From Octopus bimaculoides (Eukaryota), in assembly GCF_001194135.2 (NCBI RefSeq), contig NC_068998.1:10196227-10260226 (forward strand): a DNA stretch of 64,000 nt. Reading direction: 5' to 3'. The notes under the pieces were generated by a model. It was given only the letters and a program-made list of their open reading frames with translations, ran no database searches and had not been told where the DNA came from. Made by a program: the position numbers and the translations under genes. Each line of letters opens with the position of its first letter. Within the stretch, counting starts at the first letter, position 1. Positions 1 to 12,800 of the stretch are shown piece after piece.

Positions 1-313
1 GCGTTGTGAGTGTTCATTAAGCGAAAAACACCTAAAGCTCCACGAGGCTCCGGCAGGGGATGGTGGCGAACCCTGCTGTACTCTTTCACCACAACTTTCT
101 CTCACTCTTACTCCCTGTTTCTGTTGTACCTGTAATTCAAAGGGTCAGCCTTGTCACACTGTGTCACGCTGAATATCCCCGAGAACTACGTTAAGGGTAC
201 ACGTGTCTGTGGAGTGCTCAGCCACTTGCACGTTAATTTCACGAGCAGGCTGTTCCGTTGATCGGATCAACTGGAACCCTCGACGTCGTAAGCGACGGAG
301 TGCCAACAACAAC
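1..313 (+). mobile_element. tRNA-headed SINE, family A (5' part cut by the window edge)
   Basis: Highly similar to the copies at 16805-17188 (-) and 21305-21620 (+). Ends in a (CAA)n tail. Confidence 0.85.
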
Positions 314-1067
314 GTCATTACCACTATTCGCTGTAATTAAGGAAATGAATAAAATATGGAAATCCACGGTTAAGGGGAGGTAATTCAGTGAGTATAATTT
401 TTAATCATATACTTCCGTATGTTTATCTACCTCCTTTAGTCAATGATGAGGATTTAATTTGATCAACCATAATTCTCAAACAAAATCAGTATGACACAGT
501 GGGTAATGAGCCTGCACTGTGATCTGGCGAAGAAGTACTACAAACGTAGTGCAGTCTGGTGGCCTATTATCATGTGTAGCTGACTCTTTCGACAAGTTAA
601 ACTGGGCCTAGTTACATGACCAGCTTATATAATATAAAGAGAAGCTTGTAGTGTGTTTGTATGTTATTTCACATTAATGGTGAAACTATGAACAAAGTAT
701 TAAAAAAAAAACTCAATACCTTCGAATGAATCGATCTCAGTATCTCTTTTTAAAGCCCAGTGCTTATTTTATCGAACCAACACCAGTTGTCAAGTTATGG
801 TGGGAGATGAACACATACACGCACAGGCACGCACGCACGCACACACACACACACGCGCGATGAGATTCATTCAGTTTCTATCTATGCTAGATGAGAGCTA
901 TAGTTGAAGACACTTATCCAAGGTGTCACACATTGAGATTGAACCCAGAACCATTTGGTTTGGAATTCAGTCATACCTGCATTTATATATGTATACATAT
1001 AAATATATTACACATATACAAATATGCACACATATACACGCATACTCATGTACACAAATACATACAC

Positions 1068-1074
1068 TCAACCA
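1068..1074 (-). CDS. Candidate terminal coding exon of the peptide precursor (completes Ile, then Gly, stop)
   Basis: aaatttcag|T GGT TGA. Phase-2 compatible with exon 2. Only 7 coding nt, so other acceptors in 1075-2318 cannot be excluded. Confidence 0.5.
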
Positions 1075-2741
1075 CTGAAATTTAATGATACACGAGAACA
1101 ATATTTAGATTTTTAATTTCTTTATTTTTTCAAAGAATTACATTTTTTCTAAAAGTGGAAGACCTTTCTTAACTAGTTTGTTCCAGGAGACTCGAAAAGA
1201 AAGAAAGTCATTATAGAGAAAGCATCTAATTGTTAATTAAAAATTTAAGGCTGGCAGGATGATTAGAAAACCAGGTGAAATACTTCGCCACATTTGCATC
1301 TCTCTTTGCTTTCTGAGTTCAAATTCCACCAAAGTTAACATTACTGTTCATTTTCCAAGGGACAATAAAATAAGTAGCAGTCGAGGACTAGGGGTTGATG
1401 CAATCAACTAGACCCCTCCCCTCAAATTTCAGGCCTTATGACTATAGTAGAAAGGATTATTAATTACTGTATTTGAACGGGTATAAGGAACCCATTTTTG
1501 TCAAAAATTAGGTTTAAAAAATATGAGAGTCTTTTATACATGGATAGCATTATAGATATTAATAAATTACTTAATTTCTCGAACCTCAAATCTCCAAATT
1601 AGGGGGTTCCATATCCACAAGGGTTCCTTATACAAGTTAAAAATGGTAAATATCTAAGGCAGTGAGCTGGCAAAAGTGTTGGCAATTTGGACAAATGCTT
1701 AGCAGTATTTCTTCCAACTTTACAGTATGAGTTCAAATCCTGTTGAGGTCAGCTTTGTCTTTCATCCTTTCATAGTCAATAAATTAAGAACCAGTTGAAC
1801 ACTGGGGCCTTGCAAGTACAGATTGGAGCCTGGAGCAGCTTCTTGGCTTGCCAGTCCTCCATCTAACCGCAGCCAGCATAGAAAGTAGATGTTAAACAAT
1901 GATGATGATGAGCTGGCAGAATTGTTAGCATGCTAGACAAAATGCTTAGCGATATTTTCATTTGTCTTTCATCTTTCTGAGTTCAAGTTCCACCAATATC
2001 AATTTTGCCTTTCATCCTTTCAAAGTCAATAAATCAAATACCAGTTGTCATAATTATCAAGTGGCGATTAAGACCAAGGAGAGATAATTATAAAACTCAA
2101 AAATTCTCTGAAGTAGGAACAAAACCTGCTTTATGAGTCAGATAATATAGATTTGTGTGGCTTGGTTGGAAGCCATAATCCAATAGCTTTAGTTGCATGG
2201 TTTGAACTTATGACTTAAATGGTTATTAATCCAGCAACTTCATCTCACAGCATCTACTTCTAAGACTGAAAATTCTCAGTCTCAGAAAGGAACAAAGAAA
2301 CGCAAAACACCAACTTACATTTTGCATGCTGATGAGCACAAAAATCTCCAGAAACCACCAACATTGTCTTCACAAGTTGCCACGCAACCACTGGATAAAT
2401 CTAGGTTCTGTAGACGAGCAATAATGTCATCAACTGAAAAATATCAAAAACATCAACAATGATAAAAAATAATAACAACAGTTCCCTTGTGGTTATTTAA
2501 AAATTTTAAAGACGGGTGAAAATGAATAAAAGATGTAAGGTGGCAAAGTGGGGGAATCATTAACATTTTGGTCAAATTTTGCATGGGAATCGTGTCTCAA
2601 AATAAAGTGGTCCTTTTGAAGAAGATATACATATAACTTGGAAAACTTACTTGAGAATCTCTTATCTATTTCATCATCAGAATACACACTGGCACTCAGT
2701 ACCAAAGGCACAAGAGCCAAGAAGAAAAGTACGATTTTCAT
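1068..2741 (-). CDS. Small secreted 4-Cys peptide precursor gene, 3 predicted coding exons (2741-2651, 2433-2319, 1074-1068), 70 aa: MKIVLFFLALVPLVLSASVYSDDEIDKRFSIDDIIARLQNLDLSSGCVATCEDNVGGFWRFLCSSACKIG*
   Basis: Assembled by hand. Acceptor ttttaccag ends at 2754, ATG at 2741, donor gtaagt at 2650 (phase 1). Acceptor atttttcag ends at 2434, 115-nt open exon, donor gtaagt at 2318 (phase 2). Candidate acceptor aaatttcag ends at 1075, giving ATT GGT TGA. Hydrophobic N-terminus, KR dibasic site, four Cys. Confidence 0.75.
1481..1633. mobile_element. MITE-like element with 13-bp perfect terminal inverted repeats
   Basis: gtataaggaaccc at 1481-1493 and gggttccttatac at 1621-1633. Lies in intron 2 of the peptide gene. 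Confidence 0.5.
2319..2433 (-). CDS. Peptide precursor coding exon 2 (Cys core)
   Basis: tttttcag|TT GAT GAC ... TGC AAA AT|gtaagt. Translates (I)DDIIARLQNLDLSSGCVATCEDNVGGFWRFLCSSACK. Phase matches exon 1. Confidence 0.85.
2651..2741 (-). CDS. Peptide precursor coding exon 1 (signal peptide, acidic spacer, KR)
   Basis: MKIVLFFLALVPLVLSASVYSDDEIDKRFS + 1 nt, flanked by a cag acceptor (exon starts 2753) and a gtaagt donor. Lies within track ORF 2493..2774. Confidence 0.85.
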
Positions 2742-3077
2742 GGTATTCAGTTTCTGGTAAAATAAAAATGACACATGGAATCTATGAGACAGGATTACAA
2801 GGAGAAGGAGTTGAGAAAATTACAACGAAGTATGTTTGGGAGGAATGTATTAAGACCCATGGGTCCAGATGGCTGCAGCACACACACACACACAACAACA
2901 ACAACAACACACACATGCACATTCATCCAAAGTGTATTCAAACATTGATATTTGTCAAGCAAATATGAAAGAGAGAACTCAATTCATGGTCTGGCTCTCC
3001 ATTGGTTATGACAATGAGAGTTCCAGTTGATTTAATCAATGGAACAGCCTGCTCATGAAATTATGTATGCATGTATG

Positions 3078-3121
<44 letters not shown>

Positions 3122-3329
3122 TGTATACATACATCTATATATATATATTTATATATATAAGCATTGATTAGAGAACAAGCATCAAATTCAGGCCAACACC
3201 TTTATACAAACCCATGCTTCTATACATTTCATCATATACAAATAATACCATGGCCTTCAACATATAAAAGAAATACATACATAAGCACCAAAATTAAAAA
3301 AAATATATATGCACATATAAAAATACAAA

Positions 3330-3750
3330 AACTAATAGGAGGATCTGTCTGGAAAAAGTATATGCAATTCGACTAAAAAAGGTGATCAAAATGAATTACT
3401 AAAACATATCAATTGACTAAAAAAAATTTTTTTTTACCCCTCAGTTAAAAATATATCAAAATAGTCAGTTTTTTAAAAATGAAGCAATCCATGGTAGATC
3501 TGGTATCTAAGGCGCGTAAGAGAGTCCCCAAAAAATAAAAGCGTAGGTCAAAACTCACATCCATGGCCATTTTGGGAATTCATTGCTGCGGTCCGATTGC
3601 CTCGGCAATGAGGCAATGGGTTGTATGCAATGTTTCGAGTGGCATGGGCACTTCAAAACTGGATGAACATCCATGGAAGATGATGAGTTATCTGGAAGAC
3701 CTGCCATGAGTGTTACCCTCAGAAATGTGGTATTGTGCATCAACAATTCA
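3330..3750 (+). mobile_element. Mariner transposon 5' remnant
   Basis: 3617-3730 translates MGCMQCFEWHGHFKTG*TSMEDDELSGRPAMSVT, matching the mariner N-terminal pattern FEW..RFK.GR.S.EDD.RSGRP. Confidence 0.7.
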
Positions 3751-4759
3751 TCCCCCAGGGACAGACCAATAACAATGAAGAATTTTGGGAAAATGACTTT
3801 GATATTAAGCTGGTGTTTTGAACATAAATTTACATGAAATTTTGATGGAAATTTTAAATTTAGATCCCTTTCACCTTTTTGATACTAACTCACCTGGGAC
3901 TTCCCCTAGTGTTATAAAACAATTTTCTGGTTTGGAAGAGATTTAAATTAAAATCGTCCATCAAATTTTCATGTTGATTTGTTTCAAATATCAACTTAAT
4001 ATTGACAAAGTTATTTTATAAAATTCTACATAATTTTTGAAATTATTTGCAACAAAGATAGTGTATTTCTACAGAAATATGGTAACAAATTGTAGAACCA
4101 GGAATAATTTCAGACAGGTTGGTAACAAAAGAGGGCTTACAACTCTGTTGCCGAGGAATATTTATCAATGGCATTTGATGAAAATTCCTTCATAAATTGT
4201 GTTCTGTAGTACATTTCCACGTAGTACATTTGGCGCGGTTTCTACGACTGGATGCCAACCACTCTGAGAGTATAATGAATGCTTTTACGTGCCACTGACA
4301 TGGGTGCCATGTGCGTGACACCAGTATCTTCCATAACTGCAATTTTATTTGGCTTGATGGGTCTTCTTCTCAAGCATGACAATGCCAAAGGTCTTGGTCA
4401 TTGCCTCCATGAGGCCCAACACTTGAAAGGAGCTTGTAGTGACGTCATATTGGCGCCAACATCCAAGCGTTCCCGCTTCTATTCTGTCTCTTACCACGCC
4501 AGACAGCGAACAAGCAAGACGGTCTAAAACAAGCTCTCATTGAGTGTGGAAGAAGCAAGTTGTCTCTCCAACGATTCATCTCTACATTCAGGCTACTCAG
4601 AAACCGGACAATTGGAAGCTGTATATTTTCCACCATAAACAAATATTGTTGTTGTTGATCAGTTTGGAGTTCTGCGTTCCGTTCACTTCTAATTTAATAT
4701 AGGAAAGTCAGGTGTACATCTAATGATGTATAACCCACTTTCCTAAAAGCTTTTCCGGT

Positions 4760-5520
4760 GCCACCAGCATCAGTCTCTTTAACTGTGAGAGGCCCAATAC
4801 TTGAAAAGTGCTTTTTATGTGCCACTGGCACAGGTACCAGTTCTGTAATTCCAGCACCAGCCATAACTACAATGAAGGGTCTTCTCAAGCACAGCATATT
4901 GCCAAAGGTCTCGGTCACTAGTCACTGCCTCTAGGAGGCTCAAAGTTTGCAGATCATGCATCACCACCTTGTCCCATGTCTTCCTGGATCTGCCTCTACC
5001 ACAGGCTCCCTCCACAGTTAGAGATCGGCACTTCTTTACCCAACTGTCCTCGTCCATATGCATCAAATGACCATACCAGTGCAGTCATCTTTCTTGCACA
5101 TCCAGCAAAGCATACTGGCTTCATTTCTTTCAAGCCAATGCATGTCTTCGGCTGTCACAGCCCATGCTTCACTACCGTGTAGCATAGCTATTCACACACA
5201 GGCATCATACAATCCGCCTTCCACTCTGAGGTAAGAGCTCTCTTATCTTTGCCCAGCCTCATCTTATCCTCACAGCTATTCTCGAAGCATTTACCTCTAC
5301 TTGGTCACCAAGATAACAAAATCTATCTACAACCTCTAGCTCACCTCCCTGGCTGTTGATGGAGTCTATTTTCTGCACACTTTCAGTGTTTATTGTACCT
5401 GTGCATTTGCCACACACAAGAACTATTTTCCCTGTTAACCGTCCTGATATCGCTGTACCTCTTATGTGTCCATAGCTTACACCAGATACATCTTATGGAG
5501 TTTCTACCTACGCCTTTTCT
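4760..5520 (-). mobile_element. RTE-clade LINE, degenerate 3' part of the RT ORF plus 3' UTR
   Basis: Minus-strand peptides EVVDRFCYLGDQV, RLYDACV*IAMLHGSEAWAVTAEDM and MHMDEDSWVKKCRSLTVEGACGRGRSRKTWDKVV are typical RTE RT C-terminal motifs. Confidence 0.85.
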
Positions 5521-5995
5521 ACAGATATGTTCAACTTACCTCTCTCTGATGATGGAATAATCATGCTATGGAATTCTTGCTTGCTACTATATTCCAATAG
5601 CTGGTATATTCTAGAAACAGTTGTTAGACTTATGTAAACCTTTTTATCGTATAGATAAATTAAATACCCTTGTCAAATCTTGCCAAACCATTTGCCTTGT
5701 CACTTCAGCTTTAATCTATATCTACTGGCTCAAGAGGAAGTCGCTTTAGAAAGGTAGTCACAAAATCCTCATATCTTTTATATCATCATCATCACAGTTA
5801 ACGTCCTCCTTCCATGCTGGCCTGGGTAGGACGGTTTGACAGGAAATGGCCAGGCAGAAGCCTGCACCAAACGTCTATGCTGCTATATTTCATGTTGAGA
5901 ACTTTTTAGGTCTTAATAGACACAAAATGTGATCTATTTCTAGCGCATTAATTGTCCACGTTAGTGGTCGATGTTATTTTTAAAATATATATCAT

Positions 5996-6048
<53 letters not shown>

Positions 6049-6353
6049 CATGGGTTTCCTCAGTTTCTGTCAACCAAATTCACTCATAAGTCACTGTTTG
6101 GCCAAGGGATGTAGCATGTAGCAGAAGACATTTATTCAAAGTGCTGCACAGCGGGACTGAACCCAAAACCATATGGTTGCAAAGTGAGCTTCTTAGCCAC
6201 ATGGCCATGTCTGTTTCAAGCCATGGGGTACAGAATTATAACAAAATAACTGAATATATTTTTGCCTGTTGCTCTGCTAATTATGCCACCCACTTCATTT
6301 CAATGGAAATAAAACTAATAACAATAACAACATTGATAACAGCTTTAGATGAA

Positions 6354-6378
6354 TTTATTTTTTGAAGGAAATTTTATT
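6354..6378 (-). terminator. Two candidate AATAAA polyadenylation signals of CRYZL1
   Basis: tttatt on the plus strand at 6373-6378 and 6354-6359, about 35-55 nt after the stop codon. Confidence 0.45.
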
Positions 6379-6413
6379 TACAGAATAACAAATTAACAGC
6401 GATGACTGGTTGC

Positions 6414-6510
6414 TCAGAACTGGACAATTGTCTTCCCAAAGATTTGATCAGATATTGATAGGAAATTACTCACAGCTTCATCAACTTGGATGGTTTTGGA
6501 TATATTCACT
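6414..6510 (-). CDS. CRYZL1: CRYZL1 last exon: (K)VNISKTIQVDEAVSNFLSISDQIFGKTIVQF*
   Basis: cttcttctag acceptor, 97 nt to the TGA at 6416-6414. Same terminal VQF as the human protein. Confidence 0.9.
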
Positions 6511-6779
6511 CTAGAAGAAGAAAAAAGATGAAAAGAAATCAACATTATATATATTCTTTTATATGTTTCAGTCGTTTGACTGCTGCCATGCTGGGGCACC
6601 ACCTTGAGTGGTTTTAGTAGAAGAAATAGACCCCAGGACTTATAATTTTTAAGACCAGTACTTATTTTATCAGGCTCATTTGCTGAACCGCTAAGTTACA
6701 GGCAGGTAAGCACACCATCTGTTGTCAAAAGATGGTGGGGGAACAAGCACAGATACACAAACATATACACATGCATATA

Positions 6780-6810
<31 letters not shown>

Positions 6811-9800
6811 CGATAGGCTTCTTTCAGTTTCTGTCTACGGAATCCACTCATGAGGCTTTGGTCGGCCAAAGGCTATAGTAGAAGACACTTGCCCAAGATG
6901 CTACGTGGTGAGACTGAACCCGGAACCATGTGGTTGGTAAGCAAGTTACCACACAGCCACTTTATATATATGCACATAACGGGCTTCTTTCAGTTTCTGC
7001 CGACCAAATCCACTCACAAGAGATAATACTTTTCATTAAAATACTATAATGCAACTTACAGTCAGAAAAGCTTCCTAATTGCATTCATACAAGATTTAAG
7101 ACAGATAAATTTTCCCAAATGATAATCTCACACTATTATCAATGATCTTTACCTGTATACTGCATTTGCATATATCTGAAAGCATGCTATCTGTTTCGGT
7201 GCATATCTGTAAATGAAAATACATCTGTCTGCGTGCATGATCTTTAATGTTTTTATGACCTCATTCATTTTGTGTTCCTGAAACATATCTACTAAATGCT
7301 TCCAAAATATAATTTGGTTTAACTTCATTATACATACATACATATCATCATTTAACATCTGTTTTCCATGCTAGCATGGGTTGGATGGTTTGACTAAAAA
7401 CTGGTAAGCTGGGGTGCTGCACCAGGTTCCAATCTGATCTGGCATGGTTTCTACTGCTGGGTGCTCTTCCTAAAACAAACCACCCCAAAAGTGTAGTGGG
7501 TGCTTTTTATGTGCCACTGACATGGGTGCCAGTTATGCAACACCAGCATCAGCCACAATTACAATCTCACTTGGTTTGACATATTCTGAAGCATGGTATA
7601 TTGTCAAAGTTCTCGGTCACTTGTTACTGCCACCATGAGGCCCAACATTTCAACAGTGCTTCTTATATACCAGTTATGTGACACTGGCATCAGCCACACA
7701 CACACACACACACACATACATATTTATTTATCACCTGTATTGACCAAGCTATTGAAAGTTGCTATACACTGCTGGTCAAAATGCACTTCTAAACCTTTCT
7801 TGACCCAAATCTTCTTCTCATCATTGTGGAGGCCTTCAGAGTGCCATTTTCAAATCTCTCAGATACCATTTGGTAACTGCACAGGTCAACCTGCCGTTCA
7901 TAAACCATGCAACATGTCTAACCCAGTGGAACTTATGCTTTTGGTATTCTGCAATCACATCATTCACTCTGCTCCATTCTCAGTTACTTCTTTTCCGATA
8001 TACACTCCCAATGGTATTCTCACATGACTATAGTAGCTCAACCCATGCCAGCATGGAAAATAGATGTAGAACGATGAAAATATTCATGCATTTTTAACTA
8101 CTTACAAAATTGCATACAACCAGTCTTATCAGCATATGATGTTGATATCAATCAGAAGTCTGTTCAAGAAGACGCCATCTAAACTTTAACCTTTTAGCAT
8201 TCAGATTACTCTGTCAAATGTAATGCTTACTTGTTCACATTGTTTTAGATTTATCATTCATTATCTCATACCTTTGAGATTTTCATGATGTGATTGTGTA
8301 TTTTAAGAATGACATAATAGAGTAAGTGTGAGGAGATCTGATTGATCTAAAAACAAGACAGGTAGAATATTGGGCTGGATGTGGCCAGTTTAGGAGAAAG
8401 GTGGAATAAATAGAACACCGTTCTGTGGAGCACGTTCATGCTTTATTTCACTTCAGCCCTCACACATTCTCTCTGTATGCAGAACGTGGCCATGTCTCAC
8501 TACCTTGCAGCATTGCATGGTACTGAGTTAGGGGCATTGAATGCAGAAGAAAAAGAAGGGCTTTCTAATAGATCCTTACACACATTTAAAAACCCATTTA
8601 ACCAAATCACTTTCAAATAGATTTGAACAGGATGAATGAAAGTATAATAATAAAACAACAACAAAAAGAACCATGCATGAGCAGATGCCAAAATTACAGG
8701 CCTGTCTGCTTGTTTACTTTGAAATATCAAGATCAGCAGAAAGAATTATCAGGTAAACTGATAAAAGACTGCCAAGAAAAAAACAATCAGCTTGCTTTAC
8801 TTTTCTGCCCCCTCAGTTTGCAATGCTATGGTAGTACTTCTCAGACATTTGTAGATATGATCTACTTGAATTTTATGAAGGTATTCATTAGAAGAAATAG
8901 AGGAGTCCATGCGAGCTTACACAGTCATGATGTCAGTAGTACTGAGTGTTGGCAGCACAACAATAGGGCTTTTCAAACAAATGCAGATCTGGTCTGGTCT
9001 GCCAAGATCAGTGGTTACCAACAGGTGTCCATATGGCTCCTGAAAACAATTTTGCCTTAAATGTTGTATTGGTGTGTATTGCAAGAAACAGCTAGGTTTC
9101 TTTAACATTTTACATAGTTCAACCCAAACAAGTTAAAACAAATAGGAGTTTCAAAAGAAGTTTTTATAAAAACGAGTTTCTAAACAATGAATGGCTATGG
9201 GGGTCCACCAGAGTAACATAGTAACCAAAAGGGTTTATAGATTTTTTAAAAAATGGTTGAGAACCCTTGTCCTAGATTTTGGAAAAGTATTCAGCCATCA
9301 TGAGTCACAGAGTCAAGTGCATCAATGGAAAGGGTTTCCATTGGTTTCTTTGACTGAGTATCAAAGTTGCTTTCTATCAACTAAACAGGAATGGCTGTGT
9401 GGTAAGAAGTTTGATTCCCAACCACATGGTTCCAGGTTCAGTCCTGCTGCATGGCGTCTTAGGTAAGTGTCTTCTACTAAAGCCTCTGGTTGACCAAAGC
9501 CTTCTGAGTGGATTTGGTAGATGGAAACTGAAAGAAGCCCGTCATATATGTATATATGTGTGTCTCTCTCTCTCTCTGTCTCTGTATCTGTGTTTGTCCC
9601 CCATCACTGCTTGACAAATAGTGTTGGTGTGTTTATGTCTCTGTAACTTAGTGGTTCGACAAAAGAGATTGACAGAGTAAGTACCAAGTTTAAAAGAACA
9701 AGTACTGGGGTCAATTCATTTGGCTAAAAATTCTTCAAGCTGGTGCCCCAGCATGGCCACAGTCTAATGACTGAAACAAGTAAAAAATGTTTGCTCACTG

Positions 9801-12800
9801 AATATAAGCATATAAGTGTCCAGGACTTTAACTATTCAACCTCTGGAAATAAAATATGCATTCAACACAGAGAAGTGGCGAAAAGATAAAATAATCAAAA
9901 TTGGTAAAAGAAAACAATGAACTTACTTGAGCAATCCTCGATCCAGTTTGTCGACAGCATCACATAAGATGTGTATGAAATGTTAAGAAAGAAAACATGA
10001 AATATATGAAAGGGATGGGTCATTTATCAAATATTTTTGTTGTTACTGTTTTTTAGCCCAGTTCAACTCTGATCAATCAATCATGATATTTGTTATTGTA
10101 AAAAATATTTTGTTTCATGGCCTAATCTAGAAGGCTCTGAATCTTTCTGACTTCATCACACACACAAGGCATCCTTATTGTTTAACCTATTAGCATCTAA
10201 ACTGGCCACATCCAGACAAAATGTTCTACTTGTTTTATGATGAACTGGCCATATCCAGCCTCTCACACCTACCCTACAATGTCATTCTAAAATTAAACAA
10301 TCACATCTTCAAAATCTTGAAACTACTAAATACTAAATGACCTTACTGTTTCTCCAAATTTCAGGCATCGTGACTATGTTATAAACTGTTGGTTATACAT
10401 GAGTGTAAATATATGAATATCACAATTTTCATGATACTCAAGCATTAGTATGAATTTTCCACTGCTTAAATTCATAGATCTAAGAATTTCGTGACACAAC
10501 TAGATAACTCTAGTTGTGCACCAAATGTGCCATGGAGCTCCATTTGAGAATCACTGGTTTAATCAACTTGAATTTAACAACATTAACAAAAGCTAAAAAC
10601 AAATTAGTTCTGGTCAAAAAGGATATGTTTATAACGTCCATGCTGGGAGTATGACATTGTCCATATTGAATCAAATAGAAAACAGAGACTGCCACTACGC
10701 AGAAACAATTCACGTGAATCTGGTGGGTCCAGCTGAATAAAGATAAAAGAAATGAATATATATGTATATATATATATATTTGACAGGAAGGACAACAAAA
10801 GAAAGAAAGAGACCTCGATATTATGCAAATAGAGGAATTTATCTGTAAAAATATGTGACACTTATTCAGTAGCCATGATAAAACTCAGAGTTTCGGATGC
10901 CGGGGTGGGAGACCACGCCAACATCTCTTCAGTTATCCGGCCAATTGAAAATTCCTGTGAAAAATGACCGTTAAAAACAAAGGGAAATTACTGTGTAGTG
11001 ACAAAATGCGTATATTATCGCATGCACGCATATATCCATATACGCACGCATATATTTACATACGCACACATCCACGCACACACTCCCAAGCACGCACATG
11101 TACCTTCCAAGCACTGTTGTAAACAGAGGAGGTGAGCTAGAATGTTAAAACTTAGTGTGCTTGCCTGGCAGAGTTCAAGGTCAATCTGTACCAAGCGGTT
11201 TTACACTGTGTGCATTAGATTTGTTACTATGGCAACAGTCCAGTTACTTATTGATCAGACCATGTATGTTTCAGCAAATACAGTACTTATGTGTTTCAAT
11301 GTTTTAATTACTTTTGAATATAATCAGCTAATTAGATAGCTTTAGTGAAATAATTAATATTTTTATGGAAATTATGATGGAAGGTTTTAACTTAAATATG
11401 AGCATGTTAAATGGGGGACAGTTTGGTACAGTAGAACTAGAAGTGGGTGGTATGAAAAGGGGAAAGCAGAAGGGAAAAACACAACTCGATAACATTTGGT
11501 TCAAAAGATAAGTAAATTATTTGAAGGCCCTGCATTATGACCGATAAAAATAAGGAAAACAATATCTCACCCNNNNNNNNNNNNNNNNNNNNNNNNNNNN
11601 NNNNNNNNNNNNNNNNNNNNNNNNNNNNNNNNNNNNNNNNNNNNNNNNCCATCCCCCCTCCCAAATCACAACCATTACTATAGCCACCACCTACGCTGCT
11701 GCTGCCACTGCCACCACCTCCACCACCACTGCTGCTGCCGCCGCCACCACCACTACCACGGGTGTATGGTAGTAGCTGTTGGTGGGTGGCAAAATTATTG
11801 AGTTGGATACAGAAGTGATAATGGTGGTTCTCATAGCAGTAGTAGCGGTGGTGGTAGTATGGGGGTGGTGGTGGTGGGTAAGACGGTCACTGCATAAAAG
11901 CACCTAGTATATTCTGTAAAGTGGTTGGTGTTAGGAAGGGCATCCAGCCATAGAAACCATTCTAAAACAGATATGGAGCCCAGGTAGTCCTCCAGCTGGC
12001 CAACTCCTGTCAGGTTGTCCAACCCATGCCAGCATGGAGAACAAACCTTACATGATGATGATGATGATTCCTTTTTACACTTTCATGTTTCTTAGCGGGG
12101 CTCGGAAAGGAGTCTCAGGGAGTAGCATCCCTGCCTTCCCCGAGCTAGTTTTCCACCACATTTCTTTACAATTGTGGTTGAGGCCTTTGGTCTTGGGACC
12201 ACTCATGTCTAGAAACTAAAGTTTGGGGGTAAGCAAAGGCATGCTCCCCATAGAAAATCCAGCTTTGAAAAAGCCTTGTGAGAATAGCAAAGGAGCATGG
12301 ACACCAGCCAGCCCAAAGGTTGGGGTAGGCTGCACCTGCTTACCTCAAAAAGGAAGGTGCAAACCCTCATCCTGGGTCACAAGCATGACTTGCCTTATGA
12401 TGGCCAACAGCCTGAGGAAATGCTTGGGGTGAGGTTGGAAAGTTGGAATATGGGTTGTAAGATTCCACAAAATTAGGATTGCTCAACTGAAGTAGGATGC
12501 AGGGGACATGCCTGTATGGAAGGATAACCACGATTGTAGTTAGCTTGGCATACCTTCTAGAGCACAGCAAACTGCCAGGAGTATTAGTCCTTTGTCCTCT
12601 CCTCTCTGAGGCCCAATATCAACATCCATTCTCACCACTTCATCCCATGCTTTCCTGAGTCTACCCCTTTCACATGTTCTCTCCATAATTAGAGATTGGC
12701 ATGTCTTGATGCAATTGTTCATATGTATAACACAACCATACCTGGGGTTGATTTCTTCAACTAAAAGGCAGTGCTCCAGCATGGCCACAGTCAAAATGAC

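Noticed and set aside
12223-12540. Possible LINE endonuclease 5' remnant
   Set aside because: Similarity is too decayed to support by eye.
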